From Gemmatimonadota bacterium (GTDB lineage Bacteria; Gemmatimonadota; Gemmatimonadetes; Gemmatimonadales; GWC2-71-9): DNA of 64,000 nucleotides. Below, piece by piece: positions 58,776 to 64,000 of this stretch (position 1 is its first letter; the number at the start of each line of letters is the position of its first letter). Both the position numbers and the translations under genes were made by a program. The DNA lies in NCBI GenBank assembly GCA_039591655.1, contig JBDHDE010000015.1, forward strand, positions 22,259 through 86,258, in the 5' to 3' direction. A model generated the notes under the pieces. That model saw only the letters and a program-made list of their open reading frames with translations. It searched no databases and was not told the DNA's origin.

Positions 58776-60622
58776 GGCGCACCGATGTGTTGGTCGGCGG
58801 CGGGAAGAACGAGGGTGAATGTGGCGCCCTCTCCGAGCTCGCTCTCGACCTCGATGCGGCCACCGTGTCGCTCGACGATCCCGCGACTGATCGCGAGTCC
58901 CAATCCCGTGCCCTGGTGCTTCGTGGTGTAGAACGGTCGGAAGATCGTCTCCTGCTGTTTCGCAGGAAGACCGGGTCCCGTGTCGGAGATCGAGACGCGG
59001 ATCTCGCCGTTCGCGGCCTCCGCCGAAATCGTGAGTGTCCCTCCCGGCTCCATTGCCTGAATCCCATTGAGCGCCAGGTTGACCAGTGCTTGCGTCATGA
59101 GTTCCGGGTCTACTCTCAGCCGGTCATCGCTTCTGGATGTGCGGGCTGCGATCCGTATGCGGGCTGCTTCGGCCTGGGGGCCGACGAGATCAGCGACCCG
59201 TTTGACGAGGTCGTGAGGCGCGGCCACCACCAGCCGCGGCTCCTTTGGCCGCGCGTAACTCAACAGGTCTCGGATGGCAGATTCAATGCGGCGGAGCTGC
59301 GCCTGCATTTGGGAGAGCAGGCCTTCCGCTCTTGGATCCGTCTCGAGTCGGCTGGCCAGCAGATCCATCCCGCTGACCATCCCCGCCAGCGGGTTCTTGA
59401 TCTCGTGTGCGATCCCGGCCGCCAGCTCGCCCACGGAGGCCAGCTGGGCGGCCCGCCGCAGTTCCTGGTGATGAAGTTCCTCGATCTGGTCTGCCGATGT
59501 CCGTAGCTCGTTCGACATCTGATTGAACGTGCGACCGAGTTCCCCCAGCTCGTCGTCCCGATCGATCTGGACCTCGACGCCGAACTCGCCGCCTCGAATG
59601 CGGTCTGCTGCGGCCACGAGCCCACGCAGAGGTGCGACGATCGATCGGGCGACGACCCACACGACTGCAACCAGCAGGAGGGCGAACACTACCTCGAGCG
59701 CTGCCGCCAAGGCCGCGAGAGAGCGGAGCTGCCCGAAAGCGCTGGTCACCGGCAGCTCCGCGACGTACAGCCAGGGGAGGCCGGGTACGGTGACCGATGT
59801 GGCCAGCACATCGACACCCTCGTAGTTCGCATAGCGTACGACGCCACCGGGAGGCTGATTCACCAGGGGCGAAGGGAATGGAGCGTTGAACTCGAACATG
59901 GGGTGGGGGTGTGGTACAATCACGGGATACCCCAGCTCGTCGAGCACATAGATGTGTACGTCTTTCGCGAGGTAAGGGGGGATCCGAAAGAAGTCGCTCT
60001 CGCTCTCCAGGCCGACGACGGCAGCGAGCACCCCTGTGCGAGTCTGCGCGCGGTCGCGGACTGGTGTCGCAAGGAGGTGGACCGGTCCTGCAAGCGCGCC
60101 TCCACCCCAACCCTTCGCGAAGTAGCGGCGTTCACGACCGGCCCGGAACAGTCGCGAATCGGACCAGTCCGTGCCCATTAGATCGGGCCGGGTCGAGGCC
60201 ACAACCTGCCCGGTCGAGTCGAACACGAGGAGCTGGCCCAGCGACTGGAGTTGCATGAGGGCTCTGGCGAGGTGCCGGCTGAGCGCCGCGCTCGCCGAGT
60301 CCTGCCGCTGTCCGACCCCACCAGCGGCATTCGCCGCGGAAATCACACGCGCAAGTTCGTTGTCCGCCGCCAGCGCATCCAGGTACAGCCGGTGCCGTTC
60401 CACCTGGTCGGCGATGAGCTGTGCCTGTATTTGCGCAATCGCGGTGAGGTAACTCCGTACCTGGCCCTCGATAATCCGCCGCGTCACGATGTACCCCACG
60501 GTGTTCGACACGAAGAGCGGCACGAGGGAGAGTACCAGGAACCAGAGCAGGATGCGCCGCCGGAGCCCGCTGCGGGGCGGGTCTGCGCGGTGCAGGTCTT
60601 CGACTCGCCGATTCTGTCGCAC
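58772..60622 (-). CDS. Sensor histidine kinase (Cache-like periplasmic domain, HAMP)
   Basis: TM-periplasmic-TM, DELGEL..FN.M, AHEIKNPL, NGIQAM, DTGPG and GTGLGL; start approximate. Confidence 0.9.
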   Translation of the reverse strand: MRQNRRVEDLHRADPPRSGLRRRILLWFLVLSLVPLFVSNTVGYIVTRRIIEGQVRSYLTAIAQIQAQLIADQVERHRLYLDALAADNELARVISAANAAGGVGQRQDSASAALSRHLARALMQLQSLGQLLVFDSTGQVVASTRPDLMGTDWSDSRLFRAGRERRYFAKGWGGGALAGPVHLLATPVRDRAQTRTGVLAAVVGLESESDFFRIPPYLAKDVHIYVLDELGYPVIVPHPHPMFEFNAPFPSPLVNQPPGGVVRYANYEGVDVLATSVTVPGLPWLYVAELPVTSAFGQLRSLAALAAALEVVFALLLVAVVWVVARSIVAPLRGLVAAADRIRGGEFGVEVQIDRDDELGELGRTFNQMSNELRTSADQIEELHHQELRRAAQLASVGELAAGIAHEIKNPLAGMVSGMDLLASRLETDPRAEGLLSQMQAQLRRIESAIRDLLSYARPKEPRLVVAAPHDLVKRVADLVGPQAEAARIRIAARTSRSDDRLRVDPELMTQALVNLALNGIQAMEPGGTLTISAEAANGEIRVSISDTGPGLPAKQQETIFRPFYTTKHQGTGLGLAISRGIVERHGGRIEVESELGEGATFTLVLPAADQHIGAP

Positions 60623-60732
60623 CGGTTGGCCCCATTTGAGATCTGCAACGTGACCTGCGGCGCTCGGCGTGCCGCCGACCGCGTGTCGGCGGTCGGGGCA
60701 CTGCAGGTCTTGCCTCGCGCCCGTGGACGCGA

Positions 60733-60891
60733 TGGGGGATTTCCCCCAGAGATTGTGTCCCGTTTGCAGAATGCGCAAGAACGGTACCCCCCGCCGGAAA
60801 CTGCCGAGAGGTAAGTACTTCCGCCCCCCCGCCGTGGCTCGCGCTCCGGCGGCTGGGTGAGATGCCCCACTTCGCTGGGGGATATCACCCG
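60733..60891. promoter_or_regulatory. Three copies of a 16-bp palindromic motif (candidate enhancer sites for the sigma-54 activator)
   Basis: TGGGGGATTTCCCCCA (60733-60748), TGGGTGAGATGCCCCA (60854-60869) and TGGGGGATATCACCCG (60876-60891). Confidence 0.6.
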
Positions 60892-60966
60892 GATACCTGC
60901 TCCTCGGCTGCGTCGCCGCATGCCGTAAGTGTCAGCGTCACAATTGGTTAGACGTTAGGAGCAGGA

Positions 60967-60981
60967 TGGTACGCAACCTGC
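60967..60981 (+). promoter_or_regulatory. Sigma-54 (-24/-12) promoter
   Basis: TGGTAC-GCAAC-CTGC; GG 60968-60969 and GC 60980-60981 are exactly 10 nt apart, upstream of the porin gene. Confidence 0.65.
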
Positions 60982-61058
60982 CAGTAGGGACGCAGCGGTT
61001 GCTGGAAAGCTGGTGCTCATGTTGCAGGTAGTCGCGGGCCAACGATACCAGCAGGAGA

Positions 61059-62114
61059 GTGCTTATGGGGCGTAAACCGTTGTTCTCGCTCGTGGTGGGT
61101 GCAGCGCTGGGTATTGCGCTCGTGACCGCACCACAACCGGTGTTCGGTCAGGGCCTGATGGTGACGGGCTACGCGGACATCGAGTTCACTGTGGCGGGCG
61201 TGGGCTCAGGCGATGAGGAGCTGTTCTTCGACAACCACCACTTCAACCTCATCTTCATGGGAAGCCTGATCAAGAACGTCTTCGCCGCTGCGGAGGTCGA
61301 GTACGAGCACGCCGGCGAGGAGATAGCCCTCGAGTACGGGTACATCTCCTACACGGGCTTCAAGAACTTCCGCATCATGGGTGGCAAGTTCATCGTCCCG
61401 TTCGGGCGATTCAACAAGGACTTGCACCCGACGTGGATCAACAAGATTCCTGGCCGGCCGCACGGTTTCCGGAACGTGTTCCCGCAGACCTACAGTGACG
61501 TGGGGCTGTGGGTCTCCGGTGGTGTCCCCGTGGGCCGATCTGGAGCTCGCGTGGTGTACGACGCATGGGTCGTCAACGGCCTCATGGGTGCCGACAGCGG
61601 GGACATCCGCGGCATGCGGGGCAACGACCGCGACAGGCTCTCAGCCGGTGGCATCGACAACCAGAAGTCATTCGGCGGCCGCCTCGGCGTGGAACTGGGC
61701 CCGCAGGGCTTCGACATCGGGGTCTCCGCCTACGCCGGGAACTACCTCGACGATCCGACGGTCAACCAGACGCTGACGCTGTATGGCGTAGATGCTGCGT
61801 GGCGCTACCGTGGCTTTGAGGTGCGAGCCGAAGGTGTGCTGGCGGACCAGACAGTGAGCGGTGGGGATCTCACCAAGAAGGGCGGGTACGCGCAGGCAGC
61901 CTACCTGATCCAGAGCGTGTTTGAACCTGCCGCGAGGTTCAGTATTCGTGACATGCCGGGCGAGGCAGATGACGCCAGCCGGCTTGCGCTGGGGGCGAGC
62001 TACTACGTGTCGGCCAACTCGGCGGTGCGGGTTGCGTACCACTTAAATTGGGAGAAGACCGGCTTCGAGGTTGAGAACAACAACCTCATTCTCCAATGGG
62101 CTATGGCATTCTAG
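61059..62114 (+). CDS. Outer-membrane beta-barrel (porin-like)
   Basis: Signal peptide, EVEYEH, GKFIVPFGRFN, amphipathic strands and C-terminal Phe; AGGAG RBS. Confidence 0.75.
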   Translation: MLMGRKPLFSLVVGAALGIALVTAPQPVFGQGLMVTGYADIEFTVAGVGSGDEELFFDNHHFNLIFMGSLIKNVFAAAEVEYEHAGEEIALEYGYISYTGFKNFRIMGGKFIVPFGRFNKDLHPTWINKIPGRPHGFRNVFPQTYSDVGLWVSGGVPVGRSGARVVYDAWVVNGLMGADSGDIRGMRGNDRDRLSAGGIDNQKSFGGRLGVELGPQGFDIGVSAYAGNYLDDPTVNQTLTLYGVDAAWRYRGFEVRAEGVLADQTVSGGDLTKKGGYAQAAYLIQSVFEPAARFSIRDMPGEADDASRLALGASYYVSANSAVRVAYHLNWEKTGFEVENNNLILQWAMAF

Positions 62115-62125
62115 GAGCGCCGACC

Positions 62126-62728
62126 ATGAAAACGATTATGAAGGGGTTGTTTGCGGCCGGCGTCATGGCCATCGTGGCCGTCGCCAGCCCGGCAGACCTG
62201 GTGGGGCAGCGTTCAGGCGTGGAGATCTGGTCACAGAACTGTGGGAGCTGCCACATGATCCAGCCCGCCAATCGGTACACGGCGGGGAAGTGGGAGTCGA
62301 TCATGATGCACATGCGGATCGCCGCCCGCATGACCGACGACGAGGCCAATGCCGTACTGGAGTTCCTCAGGGGCGGTGCAAAGCCGCTGGCTTCGGAGGA
62401 GCAGGCAGATGAGCCGGAGGTGCTGGCGCACCTGGCGTCTGGCGATCCGCGCGCCGCGTGGACTACCGTGCCCGACGGCGCCGAGCTCTATGGTAGGGAA
62501 TGCGTCGCCTGCCACGGTGACACGGGCTTGGGCGACGGTCCTGTTGCGAACGCACTCAATCCCAGGCCGGTCGACTTGACCGAATCAGTATTCAAGACGG
62601 CCTCGGACGACCAGCTAGCTGAGATGATCGCCGGAGGCAAGGATACCATGCCTGGGTTCGGTGAGCGGCTCAGCTCCGATCAGATAGCGGCACTGGTCCG
62701 CTACGTCAGGGAGCTGCAAGCTAGATGA
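62126..62728 (+). CDS. Periplasmic dihaem cytochrome c
   Basis: Signal peptide; CGSCH and CVACH haem motifs; distal MPGF. Confidence 0.85.
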   Translation: MKTIMKGLFAAGVMAIVAVASPADLVGQRSGVEIWSQNCGSCHMIQPANRYTAGKWESIMMHMRIAARMTDDEANAVLEFLRGGAKPLASEEQADEPEVLAHLASGDPRAAWTTVPDGAELYGRECVACHGDTGLGDGPVANALNPRPVDLTESVFKTASDDQLAEMIAGGKDTMPGFGERLSSDQIAALVRYVRELQAR

Positions 62729-62925
62729 ATCAGTGACGGCGTCCCGGAGGGGGCATGAGGACTTACCTGCCCTCCGGGATGTCGTTGTGTTAGCGAGCGC
62801 GGGGAAGGTCGGAAAGGGCCTGCGAACGGTCACTAGGGCTGGTTCCACCCAGAAAAGACTCTCCTACAGCCACCGGCCTCACCCCGCGCTCGCTGCTCGC
62901 CCCCTCAGGTCGGCAGCAACCGCCA

Positions 62926-63963
62926 TCACGCTTCCCCTCCAGCCAGCCGGCTCAGCGTCTCCAACTGTGAACGGGTGCCTAATGCGATGAGCACGTCGCC
63001 GGGCTCGAATCGCATCTCGGCCGGGGGATTGGTGAGGATGGTGCCCTGATCGTGGCGTCGCACCGCAAGGACATTGGCGCCGGTGCGGCTCCGCACCTCT
63101 GCATCGCTGACGGTCTTGTCGTCCAGATCGCTGTCCGTCCTCACCCGGCACTCCTCCAGCCACAGCTCGAGATCTCCCGAGTGCATCACGACGTCCAGGA
63201 AATCGGTGACCGAGGGAAAGAGGAGCTGGCGCGCCATGCGCCGGCCGCTCAGCCGGTAGGGGGAAATCACATGCGTCGCCCCGGCACGGATCAGCTTGGG
63301 CTCGCTGGCGGGCTGGTTGGCCCGGGCCACGATGGGGAGGTCCAGGTTCAGCGTGTGAGCGCTGAGGGCGACGAACAGGTTGGTGGCGTCGTCGCCGGTG
63401 GCGGCCACCAGACCGCCGGCGCGCTCGATGCCGGCCTGCCGCAGGGTCTCATCATCGGCCGCATCCCCGATCACGGAGAGCGTGCTCGCCGGTGCGTCCG
63501 CCATGGCGTCGCTATTCTCCTCGACGATCACGCACTGCTTGCCCTTGCTGAGAAGATCGAGGTGCACCTGCTGGCCGACCCGGCCGTACCCGCAGATGAC
63601 GTAGTGCCTACTCATGTCGTCGATGTGCTGCTGCATGCGTGCCTTCCGTAGGGAGCCGGTGAGCTCACCGCTGATGATGTACTGCGAGATGGCGGCGAAG
63701 AGATAGGTCACCGCGCCGACACCGGAGAAAATGAGGCCGGCCGTGAAGATGCGGCCCACGGGCGAGAGAGGCCGGACCTCGCTGAAGCCGACCGTGGAGA
63801 GCGTGATCACGGTCATGTAGAGGGACTCGATGACATTCCAGTCCTCGAGGACCATGTAGCCTGCCGTGCCGACCGCGACCACGGTGAGGAGTATGATGCC
63901 GAACCTCAGCAGCCGCCGGCGAATGCGGCGGCGGGAGTCGCTGACCAGCCGGTGGGGTGCCAC
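62926..63963 (-). CDS. Two-TM potassium channel protein with RCK (TrkA-N/TrkA-C) domains
   Basis: YMTVITLSTVGFS pore loop, HYVICGYGRVG, GDA.D..L..AG and C-terminal GDVLIALG. Confidence 0.9.
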   Translation of the reverse strand: MAPHRLVSDSRRRIRRRLLRFGIILLTVVAVGTAGYMVLEDWNVIESLYMTVITLSTVGFSEVRPLSPVGRIFTAGLIFSGVGAVTYLFAAISQYIISGELTGSLRKARMQQHIDDMSRHYVICGYGRVGQQVHLDLLSKGKQCVIVEENSDAMADAPASTLSVIGDAADDETLRQAGIERAGGLVAATGDDATNLFVALSAHTLNLDLPIVARANQPASEPKLIRAGATHVISPYRLSGRRMARQLLFPSVTDFLDVVMHSGDLELWLEECRVRTDSDLDDKTVSDAEVRSRTGANVLAVRRHDQGTILTNPPAEMRFEPGDVLIALGTRSQLETLSRLAGGEA

Positions 63964-64000
63964 GTCAGTCTGCCATTGTCATGGTCGTGCCAAAGTTGCG

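Overview
A GC-rich, gene-dense 64-kb bacterial window with about 48 CDS. I saw no rRNA, tRNA, CRISPR array or transposase. The style of the Ser/Thr kinase-TPR protein suggests Gemmatimonadota, but this is inference only. Main contents, in order: (1) an exported BCP-type peroxiredoxin split by an in-frame TGA at the catalytic Cys position and followed by a SECIS-like hairpin (probable selenoprotein), next to TlpA and CcdA; (2) peptide-scavenging genes (OPT transporter; S9, M14 and M28 peptidases); (3) a ~21-kb region with three signal-peptide-bearing atypical kinase-fold proteins (two CotH-like, one HipA/PI3K-like coupled to an Omp85 barrel), two Npt1/Npt2-type nucleotide translocases, two paralogous membrane Ser/Thr kinases and HtrA. 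This region is the best candidate for an undescribed system, an extracytoplasmic ATP supply plus phosphorylation; (4) a molybdopterin oxidoreductase-cysteine desulfurase fusion; (5) a Ku/LigD NHEJ locus with EVE and DUF72 genes; (6) two genes broken by apparent short deletions; (7) a sigma-54 two-component system with a -24/-12 promoter and three palindromic candidate enhancer sites upstream of a porin plus dihaem cytochrome c, with a cytochrome P460-family gene on the other side. All family calls come from motif recognition by eye; no database searches were run.
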